From an uncultured Clostridia bacterium (GTDB taxonomy: Bacteria; Bacillota; Clostridia; TANB77; CAG-508): a stretch of DNA of 64,000 bases. The stretch lies in the NCBI GenBank assembly GCA_934162535.1, contig CAKPJC010000010.1, forward strand, positions 797-64,796, written 5' to 3'. Both the position numbers and the translations under genes were made by a program. The notes beneath the pieces were generated by a model, which was given only the letters and a program-made list of their open reading frames with translations, did no database searches and was not told the origin of the DNA. Shown piece after piece: positions 8,327 to 18,049 of this stretch. Each line of letters begins with the position of its first letter. The first letter of the stretch is position 1.

Positions 8327-8836
8327 TTATACAAGCTTTTTATATGTATTCCATTTTTCAGTATTGTTGCTTATTTCTTCAATTATTTTTTCAAAGTCTA
8401 TTTCTGAAACTTCTTCTATTATTTGTTCAACTAGTTCTTTTGAGAGTAGTTTTGGTTCTCCATCTTTGAAAAAAACTTTATCTTTTATCTCTTCTGGTAT
8501 TTTTATATCATATTTGTTTATAAGGTATCTATTAAGGTAATCATAATCATCATATATTTGTGGTTTTTCAAGTTTATTAAGATATTTATTGTAAAATAAA
8601 TAATCGGCAATAAGATGTAAAAAATGTCCTTTATTAAAATCTGTGTCTATATTATTGTTGTCTAAAAAACCTTTTAAATATGTATATGCTGGAGATTTAC
8701 CATAATGCGTTAGTTTTTTTTCACTTACACTGTCTGGATAAATAGTTCCCTTAATAAATTCTTCTTCATTTTTTATGTTATTGTGCTTTTTTATGTATTG
8801 CGTTGCAATTGCTATATGTATTACATACCCTGGCAT
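8327..8836 (-). CDS. Hypothetical protein, possibly a zinc-dependent phospholipase C-like / metal-dependent hydrolase fold.
   Basis: 169 aa. His/Asp-rich N-terminus: MPGYVIHIAIA..YPDS..THYG..GHFLHLIADY. The family assignment is tentative. Confidence 0.35.
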   Translation of the reverse strand: MPGYVIHIAIATQYIKKHNNIKNEEEFIKGTIYPDSVSEKKLTHYGKSPAYTYLKGFLDNNNIDTDFNKGHFLHLIADYLFYNKYLNKLEKPQIYDDYDYLNRYLINKYDIKIPEEIKDKVFFKDGEPKLLSKELVEQIIEEVSEIDFEKIIEEISNNTEKWNTYKKLV

Positions 8837-8860
8837 GTTTTTTCTCCTTTTAATTGAACT

Positions 8861-8890
8861 AGAACAATCTTATTTTTTTAAGATTGTTCT
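8861..8890 (-). terminator. Hairpin downstream of rho: AGAACAATCTT / AAGATTGTTCT.
   Basis: Perfect 11-bp stem directly after the rho stop. No clear T-run on the minus strand. Confidence 0.4.
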
Positions 8891-8896
8891 AACTCT

Positions 8897-10261
8897 TTAG
8901 TTTTTATAATTTTTTAAGTATTCGTCCATTTTTTCAATGAATTCTTCGTTATTTTTGGTTTTTGTCATTTGTGAAATTATTTGCTCAGTTACTTCTGCAA
9001 CAGGTAAATTGTTTAATGCTTTTCTTAGTGCAAATACAGTTTCCATTTCTGATTTTGTTAATAGTAAGTCTTCTCTTCTTGTTCCTGATTTGTTTATGTC
9101 TATTGCAGGGAAAATACGTTTTTCAGATAGTTTTCTATCAAGGTGTACTTCCATATTACCTGTTCCTTTGAATTCTTCAAATATTACGTCGTCCATTCTG
9201 CTACCTGTTTCTATTAATGATGTAGCTAGAATTGTTAGACTTCCTCCATTTTCAATGTTTCTTGCTGCTCCAAAGAATTTTTTTGGCTTGTGTAATGCTG
9301 CTGGGTCTAAACCTCCTGATAATGTTTTTCCTGATGATGGCATTACTAGGTTATATGCTCTCGCTAGTCTTGTTATGCTGTCTAATAAAATTACTACATC
9401 TTTGTTATGCTCTATTATTCTTTTTGCTCTTTCTAATACCATTTCAGCAACTTTTACATGATGCTCTGGCATTTCATCAAATGTTGAGTATATAACTTGT
9501 CCTTTTATTGAACGTTTCATGTCTGTAACTTCTTCTGGTCTTTCATCTATTAATAGTACAATAAGTTCTACTTCTGGATTATTTGCTGATATGCTGTTTG
9601 CTATTTTCTTTAATAATGTTGTTTTACCTACTTTTGGTGGAGCAACTATCATTCCTCTTTGGCCCTTACCTATTGGTGAGATTAAATCTATTATTCTCAT
9701 TGCATATTCATTTGGTGTTGTTTCTAGTTTTAATCTTTCATTTGGATATATAGGTATTAGTTCATCAAATCTTTTTCTTTTTGCTGCTCTTTCTGGATGC
9801 TCTCCATTTACTTCTCCAACAAATATTAGTGAAGGGAATTTTTCTCCTTCTTTACATCTTGATATTCCTTTTACTATATCACCTGTGTCTAGTTTGAATC
9901 TTCTTATTTGAATTGGTGATATATATACGTCTTTGGGGCTTGATAAATAGTTTTCACCTCTTAAAAATCCATATCCGTCTGGCAATACTTCTAATATTCC
10001 TTCAACAATTTGGTCATCGTCATTTGTTACTTTATAGTCTATTACTGCATCTCCTACTTCTTCAACTTGTTCTTCGTCATTGTCATCATATTTTATTCCT
10101 TTTGATTCAACTTTTGGTTCGTCTTTTTTACTTGATGTTTCTTTTATTTGTTTTAATAGACTTATAAGTTCCTCCTTTTTTAATTTCGATATGTTTTTTA
10201 TATTTTGTTCTTTAGCATAATTTCTTAGTTCTAATAATGTCATATCTTCTAATTCTTGCAT
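8897..10261 (-). CDS. rho: Transcription termination factor Rho.
   Basis: Rho_[17 protein letters not shown]-binding [14 protein letters not shown], Walker [17 protein letters not shown], and ..[20 protein letters not shown]. Confidence 0.95.
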   Translation of the reverse strand: MQELEDMTLLELRNYAKEQNIKNISKLKKEELISLLKQIKETSSKKDEPKVESKGIKYDDNDEEQVEEVGDAVIDYKVTNDDDQIVEGILEVLPDGYGFLRGENYLSSPKDVYISPIQIRRFKLDTGDIVKGISRCKEGEKFPSLIFVGEVNGEHPERAAKRKRFDELIPIYPNERLKLETTPNEYAMRIIDLISPIGKGQRGMIVAPPKVGKTTLLKKIANSISANNPEVELIVLLIDERPEEVTDMKRSIKGQVIYSTFDEMPEHHVKVAEMVLERAKRIIEHNKDVVILLDSITRLARAYNLVMPSSGKTLSGGLDPAALHKPKKFFGAARNIENGGSLTILATSLIETGSRMDDVIFEEFKGTGNMEVHLDRKLSEKRIFPAIDINKSGTRREDLLLTKSEMETVFALRKALNNLPVAEVTEQIISQMTKTKNNEEFIEKMDEYLKNYKN

Positions 10262-10362
10262 ATGCTTATTACCTCCTATTATTTTATTTTTTTGTTATGG
10301 ATATTGTAAAAGATTCTTAAAAGATTTCTAGGAAAAAATATAAATTCCTATTTTAATTTTTG

Positions 10363-10399
10363 TAAACCTAAAAAAGCTTTAGTGTTTTTTAGGTTTACA
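10363..10399 (-). terminator. Hairpin GTAAACCTAAAAAA / TTTTTTAGGTTTAC overlapping the divIC stop codon.
   Basis: 14-bp A/T-flanked stem with a 9-nt loop between divIC and rho. Confidence 0.45.
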
Positions 10400-10691
10400 T
10401 GTTACTATCGATATAAACTCTTTCGTTTGGTAAATACATACCTAATTTTTCTCGAGCTAATTTTTCAATATATTCTAATGAATTTGTATTTTGTTTTTCT
10501 TCTTCTAAATATTGTTTGTCTTGTTGTAATTTTTCTTCTGCTACCTCTATCTTTTGAGATAACACATTTATATCATCTTTGTATTGTGATATATTTAATT
10601 GTTGTTTTATTAAAACTACTGCCCATACTATTATAGCAATAATTAGCAGATTTGTAAATAGTTTATTTTTTTTTCTCATAAGTATCTCCAT
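10395..10691 (-). CDS. divIC: Septum formation initiator, FtsB/DivIC family.
   Basis: Single N-terminal TM, a coiled coil, C-terminal EKLAREKLGMYLPNERVY. Sits next to yabQ-yabP as in Bacillus and Clostridium. Confidence 0.85.
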   Translation of the reverse strand: MEILMRKKNKLFTNLLIIAIIVWAVVLIKQQLNISQYKDDINVLSQKIEVAEEKLQQDKQYLEEEKQNTNSLEYIEKLAREKLGMYLPNERVYIDSNM

Positions 10692-10720
10692 TATTTTACA
10701 TGATTTTTCCTACATATATA

Positions 10721-11155
10721 TTATTCTCCACTTTTTTCTATTTTCCCTCTTTTATTGTAAAAATTTATGAAATATTTTACCTTTTTTGATATATTAGTAC
10801 AAATTTTCTTTATGGGTTTTAATGGTATTATTGCTATTTTTATTATTTTTTTTAAAAGATTAAAAATTAATAATGAGATTTTTGAAAAAATACTGCTTAG
10901 TGTGAGTAAATATATTAGTATTCCTATTATTATGCCTAAAAACATATATATACGTATTTCTCCGTCATTAAAATACCATATATTATATATTATCAGTGTT
11001 CCTGTTAATAACCAAAAAACAATATCTTCGATATATGTAATGATATTAGATGTTTTGAAGCTTTTTCTTAATGCTCTAAATATATCAAATAATGCACCTA
11101 TGAGTATTCCTGTTATTGAGAATATTAGAAATAAATATGCTTGATTTTCAACCAT
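10721..11155 (-). CDS. yabQ: Spore cortex biosynthesis protein YabQ.
   Basis: Small multi-TM protein with FLIFSITGILIGALFDIFRALRK, located between yabP and divIC. Confidence 0.8.
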   Translation of the reverse strand: MVENQAYLFLIFSITGILIGALFDIFRALRKSFKTSNIITYIEDIVFWLLTGTLIIYNIWYFNDGEIRIYMFLGIIIGILIYLLTLSSIFSKISLLIFNLLKKIIKIAIIPLKPIKKICTNISKKVKYFINFYNKRGKIEKSGE

Positions 11156-11169
11156 CTTTTTGCCTTTCT

Positions 11170-11472
11170 TTACTTAAATATTTTACTTAACAGTGTGCTG
11201 TTTGATTTGTCTTGCTTATTATCACTATATGTAAGACTTGATATTTCTCCTTCTATAACGACTTCAGCAGTGTCTAAGCTTAATTTTGTTATCCTTATAT
11301 TTTCCCCTTTTACCGTTAATAGTCCAAGCTCTGTATCGACTATTACAACTTGGTCATCAAAGCTTAGTACATCATTCACTCCTGACACATTAAGTTTTTT
11401 CCTATTTTCTAGTAATAAATTTTGTATTACATTATTTGTGTTCATGTTTATTGTTTTTCTTTCTTCTATCAT
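11170..11472 (-). CDS. yabP: Sporulation protein YabP.
   Basis: LLLENRKKLNVSGVNDVLSFDDQVVIVDTELGLLTVKGENIRITKL is a typical YabP core. Confidence 0.85.
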   Translation of the reverse strand: MIEERKTINMNTNNVIQNLLLENRKKLNVSGVNDVLSFDDQVVIVDTELGLLTVKGENIRITKLSLDTAEVVIEGEISSLTYSDNKQDKSNSTLLSKIFK

Positions 11473-11540
11473 CTTTTGCTCTCCTCTCTATACTATACTA
11501 AATTATAATATGCATTTTATATAGATTTTAGAACGAAAAA

Positions 11541-11573
11541 ATAGAAGAAAACATTTTATTTTCTTCTATTTTT
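11541..11573 (-). terminator. Rho-independent terminator after the Doc-like gene.
   Basis: Minus-strand AATAGAAGAAAA-loop-TTTTCTTCTATT followed by TTTTTTCG. Confidence 0.6.
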
Positions 11574-11616
11574 ATATAATCGAGTGAGAACAAAGAGCGA
11601 TTATGTCCTTATTCTC

Positions 11617-12279
11617 TTATAAATTTTTTATTCCATCAATGCAATTGCCATATATAAATTGTTTTAACTTTTCTAGTTTATCTTCATTTTCATAATATGC
11701 AATAAGTTTTTCTTCAAATTCTTCTTTGAATTCTTTCGCAATTGAAATAATACCTTTACCATTTTTTATCATTTCATGATTTGCTATTAACATTGCAGTC
11801 CTTTTATTTCCATCATTAAAATATTGTAATTTCATAAGTTTACACATAAGAGTAATTGCACCATCTGTTATAATTTCATTATTGCTATATTCTTTTAATA
11901 ATTGTTCCATTCTCTCTTTTGATGATAATTCTGGTTTCCATTTTGTTCCCCCCATATTCACGTCGTAGATTCTCATCATTCCAGGACTTTCGACTAAATT
12001 AGTTCCTATTAGAGAATGAATACTTGATATATAATTAAGATTTATATTATCATTTATAGTCATTATACAAAATTTCCATGCATGCTTTAGATTGTTTATT
12101 ATTTGCAGTTGATCTATTCCCAAATGTGCTATATTTCCACCATCATAAATTGTTTGTGTTTCTGGGAAAGTGATTGGAATTCCTTCAAGTAATGCACTTT
12201 TCCATATTGTATCAACAATATTTCTTTTGGCTAAAAATACATTTTGCTCTTGTGTCATATTAAACTTATTTTTCAACAT
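11617..12279 (-). CDS. Fic/Doc-family protein (220 aa) with a non-canonical active-site motif, QYFNDGNKRTAM.
   Basis: FNDGNKRTA matches the Doc-type HxFxDGNKRTA motif, but the His position is Gln. Start chosen at ATG 12279 (GGAG 7-8 nt upstream) rather than the GTG at 12306. Confidence 0.7.
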   Translation of the reverse strand: MLKNKFNMTQEQNVFLAKRNIVDTIWKSALLEGIPITFPETQTIYDGGNIAHLGIDQLQIINNLKHAWKFCIMTINDNINLNYISSIHSLIGTNLVESPGMMRIYDVNMGGTKWKPELSSKERMEQLLKEYSNNEIITDGAITLMCKLMKLQYFNDGNKRTAMLIANHEMIKNGKGIISIAKEFKEEFEEKLIAYYENEDKLEKLKQFIYGNCIDGIKNL

Positions 12280-12295
12280 TTTTATTCTCCTTTTG

Positions 12296-13450
12296 CTACA
12301 TTGCACTTCTAAATAAATTAATAAAATCTTCTTTTGATACTTCTCTTGGATTGCCTGGTTTGCATGGATCTTGCATTGCTTTTTCAGCTAGCATTTCAAG
12401 GTCTTCTTCTTTTCCTCCAACATCTTTTACTGTTTGCGTTATTCCAACTGATTTTGCAAGTTCTGAAACCATCCATACAAGTGTATTTACTACATCTTGA
12501 TCATTTAAGTCTTTTGCATCAGGTCTTCCAATATTTATTAGTATTTCTCTAAATCTGTCTGCACATACTTCTCCATTAAATCTCATTACTGTTGGTAATA
12601 AGATTGCATTTGCAATTCCGTGTGGTGTATCATATACTGCGCCTAGTTGATGTGCCATTGAGTGTACAATTCCTAATCCTACATTTGAGAATCCCATTCC
12701 CGCTATATATTGTGCTAGACCCATTTTTTCAATTGCTTCTTCATCTTTTTCGTTTACTGCTGGTGAAAGATATTTGAATATTAGTTTTATCGCTTCCATA
12801 TGGAACATATCTGACATTGTGTTATGGGCTTTTGTTATATATCCTTCTATTGCATGTGTAAGTGCATCCATTCCTGTTGCAGATGCAAGTGATTTTGGCA
12901 TTGATGCCATTAGGTCTGAGTCTATTATTGCTAGTATTGGTACATCATTTGGATCTACACATACCATTTTTATTTCTCTTTCTTCATCTGTTATTACATA
13001 ATTTATTGTGACTTCTGCTGCTGTTCCTGCTGTTGTTGGTAATGCTATTACAGGCATACTTCTGTTCTTTGTATTTGATAATCCATTTAGTGATACAATG
13101 TCTGCTTTTTCTGGATTTGTCATTACTATTCCTATTCCTTTTGCTGTATCAATGCTTGAACCTCCTCCAACTGCTATTATTACATCTGCTCCTGATTCTT
13201 TACATGCTTGTACACCATCTGTTACATTTTTTATTGTAGGGTTTGGCTTTATTTCTGAATACATATCATATGGTATTCCTGCTTTTTCAAGTTCTTCTGT
13301 TACTTTTGATGTAACTCCACATTCTAGTAGTGATTTGTCTGTTACAACAAATGCTTTTTTAAATCCTCTCTTGTTTATTTCTCCTGCTAATTCTTCTCTT
13401 GCTCTTTTTCCAAAATATGATGTTTCGTTTAATACGAATCTGTTTGCCAT
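12296..13450 (-). CDS. Iron-containing (group III) alcohol dehydrogenase, FucO / 1,2-propanediol oxidoreductase-like.
   Basis: VTDKSL.., GGGSSIDTAKG, and ..GIVHSMAHQLGAVYDTPHGIANA metal-binding His motifs. Confidence 0.9.
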   Translation of the reverse strand: MANRFVLNETSYFGKRAREELAGEINKRGFKKAFVVTDKSLLECGVTSKVTEELEKAGIPYDMYSEIKPNPTIKNVTDGVQACKESGADVIIAVGGGSSIDTAKGIGIVMTNPEKADIVSLNGLSNTKNRSMPVIALPTTAGTAAEVTINYVITDEEREIKMVCVDPNDVPILAIIDSDLMASMPKSLASATGMDALTHAIEGYITKAHNTMSDMFHMEAIKLIFKYLSPAVNEKDEEAIEKMGLAQYIAGMGFSNVGLGIVHSMAHQLGAVYDTPHGIANAILLPTVMRFNGEVCADRFREILINIGRPDAKDLNDQDVVNTLVWMVSELAKSVGITQTVKDVGGKEEDLEMLAEKAMQDPCKPGNPREVSKEDFINLFRSAM

Positions 13451-13515
13451 ATTCTTTTCACTCCTTCTTTTGATTTTTTATATATAAATAAGTTTGAAAC
13501 TTTTTATATCATTCT

Positions 13516-14154
13516 TTAGTTTTCAGCATAGTTTGCTGGTATTTCAAATAATGCATTGTCGACATCATTTGATAGTTTTACTTTTAGTAATTCATCTTGG
13601 TCTCCAAATATTGTTTTCACATATACTATTTTAGAATCTTTACTAAAGTAAATTCTTGTTTTTACACCTTCTTCATTTAGTTGTGGTGTGTTTGATATCA
13701 TAAATACCGTACTGCCTTCATATTCTTCATATGTGTAATTTTTCCCTCTTATTTTTTCATTTCCCACAGTATATTTTTTGTTTAATAATTCTTTTATTCC
13801 ATCTGTTAGTATGCTTTGCTCTACATTGTTGCCCTTGTATATATAGTATTCTTGTCTGTCATGTAATACTAAATATGTGTTTTCACTATCTACTATTGTT
13901 GTTGTATGGCTTTCTCCTGAGTATTGATCTATTGCTGTCTTGCTATCTTTTTTTGCCATTATTGTTTTGTTGTTGTCATTTTGTTCTATTGTACATATAT
14001 ATGTCGAACTTGTGCTAAGTTCATTGTAAATGTTTACTAGCTTCGATTCTTGATTTCCGTCTTTTTTTCCTATTACTTTTACTAATATTATTATCGCAAG
14101 TATAATTACCAATAGTGCTATAATTAGAGTTCTTATTTTTTTCTTTTTCATCAT
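13516..14154 (-). CDS. Hypothetical membrane-anchored or secreted protein.
   Basis: MMKKKKIRTLIIALLVIILAIIILV signal-anchor, no known domain. Start set at ATG 14154; see the SD-hairpin feature at 14155-14184. Confidence 0.6.
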   Translation of the reverse strand: MMKKKKIRTLIIALLVIILAIIILVKVIGKKDGNQESKLVNIYNELSTSSTYICTIEQNDNNKTIMAKKDSKTAIDQYSGESHTTTIVDSENTYLVLHDRQEYYIYKGNNVEQSILTDGIKELLNKKYTVGNEKIRGKNYTYEEYEGSTVFMISNTPQLNEEGVKTRIYFSKDSKIVYVKTIFGDQDELLKVKLSNDVDNALFEIPANYAEN

Positions 14155-14184
14155 TTTTTTGTGTGGCGTTGTGCCACACACTCC
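14155..14184 (-). promoter_or_regulatory. GGAG Shine-Dalgarno separated from the AUG by a perfect 8-bp GC-rich hairpin.
   Basis: mRNA reads GAAAGGAG-UGUGUGGC-ACAAC-GCCACACA-AAAAA-AUGAUG. The SD abuts the stem, and the stem end is 5 nt from the AUG. Confidence 0.5.
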
Positions 14185-14428
14185 TTTCTACATTTTATAA
14201 TAATTATATTTATTTTTGCATATTTAGTATTGGATATCCACTATTTTCATCTAGTAGCCATTCTTCCAGGTATGTTAGGTTTTTATTTATTAGTTCTTTC
14301 ATTTCTTCTTCAGTATCAATTTGTTTTGTTGTGTCTGGATATCCCACATCAGTTGTATACTGTTTAGCATAAATTCCATACTTAGATGTTCCTTTTCCCT
14401 GAGTGAGTATTATCTAAAATTTAATCAT

Positions 14429-14457
14429 ATTATATCAATAATATTTTTTATTTACAA
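14429..14457 (-). promoter_or_regulatory. Candidate sigma-A promoter: TTGTAA-17-TATAAT with TGA extended -10.
   Basis: Minus-strand TTGTAAATAAAAAATATTATTGATATAAT, just downstream of the def stop. Confidence 0.45.
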
Positions 14458-14466
14458 TATATTTTA

Positions 14467-14946
14467 CTAGTTTTGTTCAGGTGTAACATATTCAAGTGTA
14501 CCTGGCAACATTTTATCTTTGAAAACTATTCCATCTAAATGGTCAAGTTCATGAGCAATTGCCTGTGCTAACAAATCTTTAGCCTTTATAGTTATTTTTT
14601 TACCATCTCTGTTAAGTGCTTCTGCTGTAACCTCTTTTGGTCTAATCAGTTTTGCATATTGATTTGGGAAACTCAAGCATCCTTCTTCTACTTCATGCTC
14701 TCCTTTTGATTTTGTTATTTTAGGATTTATTAGAACTTTCACACCTGTTCCATCATCTATATCAATTACTACAATTCTTTTAAGTACACCTATTTGCACT
14801 GCTGAAAGTCCAACCCCATTGTATTTACGCATTGTTTCTATCATGTCATCTATTAATACTTGTGTTTTTTCATCTATTTTTTCTACTTCTCTTGATTTTT
14901 TTCTTAATATTTCATCATTTTCAACTCTTATGACTCTTGTTGCCAT
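14467..14946 (-). CDS. def: Peptide deformylase.
   Basis: Motifs GVGLSAVQIG, EGCLSFP, HELDHLDG. Confidence 0.95.
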   Translation of the reverse strand: MATRVIRVENDEILRKKSREVEKIDEKTQVLIDDMIETMRKYNGVGLSAVQIGVLKRIVVIDIDDGTGVKVLINPKITKSKGEHEVEEGCLSFPNQYAKLIRPKEVTAEALNRDGKKITIKAKDLLAQAIAHELDHLDGIVFKDKMLPGTLEYVTPEQN

Positions 14947-14963
14947 TTTTATTATTCCTCCTA

Positions 14964-17198
14964 TTAACTCATATTATTTGGATTTATATCTACTGTAATT
15001 CTTGTATTTTTATAATTCTTATTATAAATTTCTTCTAAACAATTATTTATTATTTCGTTTGCTTCAATTGTCATACTTCCTTTTATTATTATTCTCCATC
15101 TATATCGTCCTTGAATCTTGTCTATAGGCGATGGCATTGGTTTTAGAACATTGAATAATTCACTGTTTAAATTTGTTTTTAGATATTCATATACATCTGT
15201 TGAAACTTTTACAATTTCTTTTTCATCTAAGCTATTAAATCCAATCAATATTATATCGCAAAATGGTGGATAATTCAACTGTTTTCGTAATTCGATTTCT
15301 GTTTCGTAAAATCTGTTATAATTTTGCTCTTGTGCACATATTATACTAAAATTATCAGGATTATATGTTTGAATTATAACATTCCCTTTTAAATTTTCTC
15401 GCCCTGCCCTGCCAGCAACTTGTGTTAGTATCTGAAAGGTTCTTTCATTAGCTCTATAATCATCAATATTTAAACTACTGTCTGCTGCAATTACTCCAAC
15501 TAATGTTACTTTTGGAAAGTGGTGCCCCTTTACAACCATCTGTGTCCCAATTAATATATCAATATTATCGTTCTTAAATTTGTTTAGTATTTCTTCATGT
15601 GAGTTTTTCTTTGTGACTGTGTCTATGTCCATTCTTATTGTTGATGCATTTGGGAATATCTTGTTAATTTCTTGCTCCAGTTTTTGAGTTCCAGTTCCAA
15701 AGTATCTTATTTTTTTACTTTGACATTTTGGGCAAATTGTTACTACATTTGTTTCGTAACCACAATAATGACATTTCAATTTATTTTCAGTCCTATGGTA
15801 CGTCATACTTATATCACAATTTTTACATTTTACAGTATATCCACATTCTCTACACATTATAAATGTTGAATAACCTCTTCTATTTAAAAATAATATTGTT
15901 TGCTTCTTTCTTTTTAAGTTTTCTTCTATTTCATCATGTAATTTTACACTTAACATTGACCTATTCCCTGTTGCAAGTTCCATTTTTAAGTCAACTATTT
16001 CTACTTCTGGTAAACTAGAATTATTGGCTCTTTTGGTTAATTCTAATAGTGTTACTTTACCTTGTTTTGCCTTGTAATATGTTGTTATATCTGGTGTTGC
16101 ACTTCCTAATACTATTGGGCAATTGTTTTCTTTTGCTATCATTTTTGCAATTTCTTTTGCATCATATTTAGGCACTGCTTCTGATTTGTATGAACTATCA
16201 TGTTCTTCATCTATAATTATTATTCCTATATTTGATGCTGGTGCAAATATTGCTGACCTTGCTCCAATTATTATTTTAGCTTTACTTTCTTTTATTTTAT
16301 TCCATTCATCATATCTTTCACCTATAGATAATTTGCTATGTAATACAGCTATTTCTTCCTTATTGAATCTTGCAATAAATCTGTCTATCATTTGAGGTGT
16401 TAATGATATTTCTGGAACAAGTACTATTGCTGTTTTTCCCTGTTTTAGTGCTTCTCCTATTAATTGCAAATATACTTCTGTTTTTCCTGAACCTGTTACT
16501 CCATATAATAAAAATTGTTCATATTGATTTAATTCTATTTTTTCTTTTACCTTTTTATATGCTTTTTCTTGTTCTTCTGTCAATTGTAAATTCGTTGTTT
16601 TTTTCATTTCTTTATTTATTAGTGGGTTTCTTTCTACCTTTTTTTCAATTATTTCTACATATCCATTTTTTTCTAGTGTTTTTACTATTGCTCTTGTTCC
16701 ACCTGTAAACATTTCTATTTCAGGTATTGTTACTCCATTATTGCTTTTTAGAAACATTAGTATCTTTTTTTGCTTTTCTGATTTTATTTTTTCCATGTCT
16801 ATATCAAATTGCATTTCCTCTGTTTCTTTTTTTAAATATACCATGTTTACCATTTTGTCTTGTATGTTATTTTCTAATTTTTTGTTTTTTGTCCCTGGTG
16901 CTAGCATTTGCTTAATACAGTCTGATATATTACAAAAGTATCTCTTTGCCATCCATTTTGCAAGTTCTATTTGCTTTTCTGTTAAATTATGTTTTATTTT
17001 TCTTATTTCTTTTACTTCATATTCTGTTTTTTCTTTTATTCCTATTACATACCCTTCAACTAGATTTTCTGATTTTCCAAATGGCACTAGTACTGTACTT
17101 CCTATCATTATTATTTCTTCTAGTTCTTTCGGTATTTTGTAATCAAATGTTCGATTTAGTCTTTTTGCTGAACGATTTATTACTATTTCTGCTACCAT
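14964..17198 (-). CDS. priA: Primosomal protein N' (replication restart helicase PriA).
   Basis: Walker A GVTGSGKTEVY, DEEH box IIIDEEHD, Cys-rich zinc region CRECGYTVKCKNCD..CHYCGY..CPKC. Confidence 0.95.
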   Translation of the reverse strand: MVAEIVINRSAKRLNRTFDYKIPKELEEIIMIGSTVLVPFGKSENLVEGYVIGIKEKTEYEVKEIRKIKHNLTEKQIELAKWMAKRYFCNISDCIKQMLAPGTKNKKLENNIQDKMVNMVYLKKETEEMQFDIDMEKIKSEKQKKILMFLKSNNGVTIPEIEMFTGGTRAIVKTLEKNGYVEIIEKKVERNPLINKEMKKTTNLQLTEEQEKAYKKVKEKIELNQYEQFLLYGVTGSGKTEVYLQLIGEALKQGKTAIVLVPEISLTPQMIDRFIARFNKEEIAVLHSKLSIGERYDEWNKIKESKAKIIIGARSAIFAPASNIGIIIIDEEHDSSYKSEAVPKYDAKEIAKMIAKENNCPIVLGSATPDITTYYKAKQGKVTLLELTKRANNSSLPEVEIVDLKMELATGNRSMLSVKLHDEIEENLKRKKQTILFLNRRGYSTFIMCRECGYTVKCKNCDISMTYHRTENKLKCHYCGYETNVVTICPKCQSKKIRYFGTGTQKLEQEINKIFPNASTIRMDIDTVTKKNSHEEILNKFKNDNIDILIGTQMVVKGHHFPKVTLVGVIAADSSLNIDDYRANERTFQILTQVAGRAGRENLKGNVIIQTYNPDNFSIICAQEQNYNRFYETEIELRKQLNYPPFCDIILIGFNSLDEKEIVKVSTDVYEYLKTNLNSELFNVLKPMPSPIDKIQGRYRWRIIIKGSMTIEANEIINNCLEEIYNKNYKNTRITVDINPNNMS

Positions 17199-17215
17199 GT
17201 AATCCTCTTTCTTTC

Positions 17216-18046
17216 TTATTTCTCTTTTCTTACATATTTTTTATACAGATATTTTTTTGCATTTGCAGGTGTCAATGCGAATATTGTCCTAAAAATAATG
17301 TTCTTTACATATGTTCTTTTATCAATTATTTTGTACTTTAGTAATCTTCTTTCTATTTCAATAGCTCTTTTTACTTGTTTAAATCCACTTCTTCTTTTAT
17401 AAAATTCCTTTCCTGTCCTATTTTTGCACAATACGGTATCAATATTTGCCATTTTACAATTATCAATTAACATTCTTGCCCATAAGTCATAATCTTCAAA
17501 TTGTGTGTTATTATAATTCCCGGATTTTATTACTGCTTCTTTTTTCATTAATACTGTGCCATGATTAAATGGACTTTGATATTTTATAAATTCATTTATA
17601 TCATATTGTGTCAGTGGGACATTTCTTGTTAATAAACGTTGTTTCATATTCTCGTCATATTCTTCTATTTGTCCTCCTAATATGTCTATATCTGGATTAC
17701 TCATTAGATATTTTACCTGTTTTTCAAATCTGTAAGGTAATGATATATCATCTGAATCTACTCTAGCTATATATTTATATTTACATTTTTTTACACCATA
17801 TTTTAGTGCATTGCCTAATCCATTACTTTTTTCTATATCATAACTTTCAATTAATTGTGAATATTCATTTTTATACATTTCTATCGTTTTATTTAACTGC
17901 TCTGTTAATTTTCCATCTTTTATTATTACAATTTGATTTGGTTTTACTGTTTGATTAATTATACTGTCTAGTGCTTGTCTAAAATATTCCACCTTTTCTT
18001 TGTAATATACAGGCATTAATACTGATATTTCTATTTTATTTTCCAT
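17216..18046 (-). CDS. Family 2 glycosyltransferase.
   Basis: ISVLMPVYY.., DSIINQT, and ARVDSDDIS (DxD), typical of GT2. Confidence 0.85.
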   Translation of the reverse strand: MENKIEISVLMPVYYKEKVEYFRQALDSIINQTVKPNQIVIIKDGKLTEQLNKTIEMYKNEYSQLIESYDIEKSNGLGNALKYGVKKCKYKYIARVDSDDISLPYRFEKQVKYLMSNPDIDILGGQIEEYDENMKQRLLTRNVPLTQYDINEFIKYQSPFNHGTVLMKKEAVIKSGNYNNTQFEDYDLWARMLIDNCKMANIDTVLCKNRTGKEFYKRRSGFKQVKRAIEIERRLLKYKIIDKRTYVKNIIFRTIFALTPANAKKYLYKKYVRKEK

Positions 18047-18049
18047 AAA

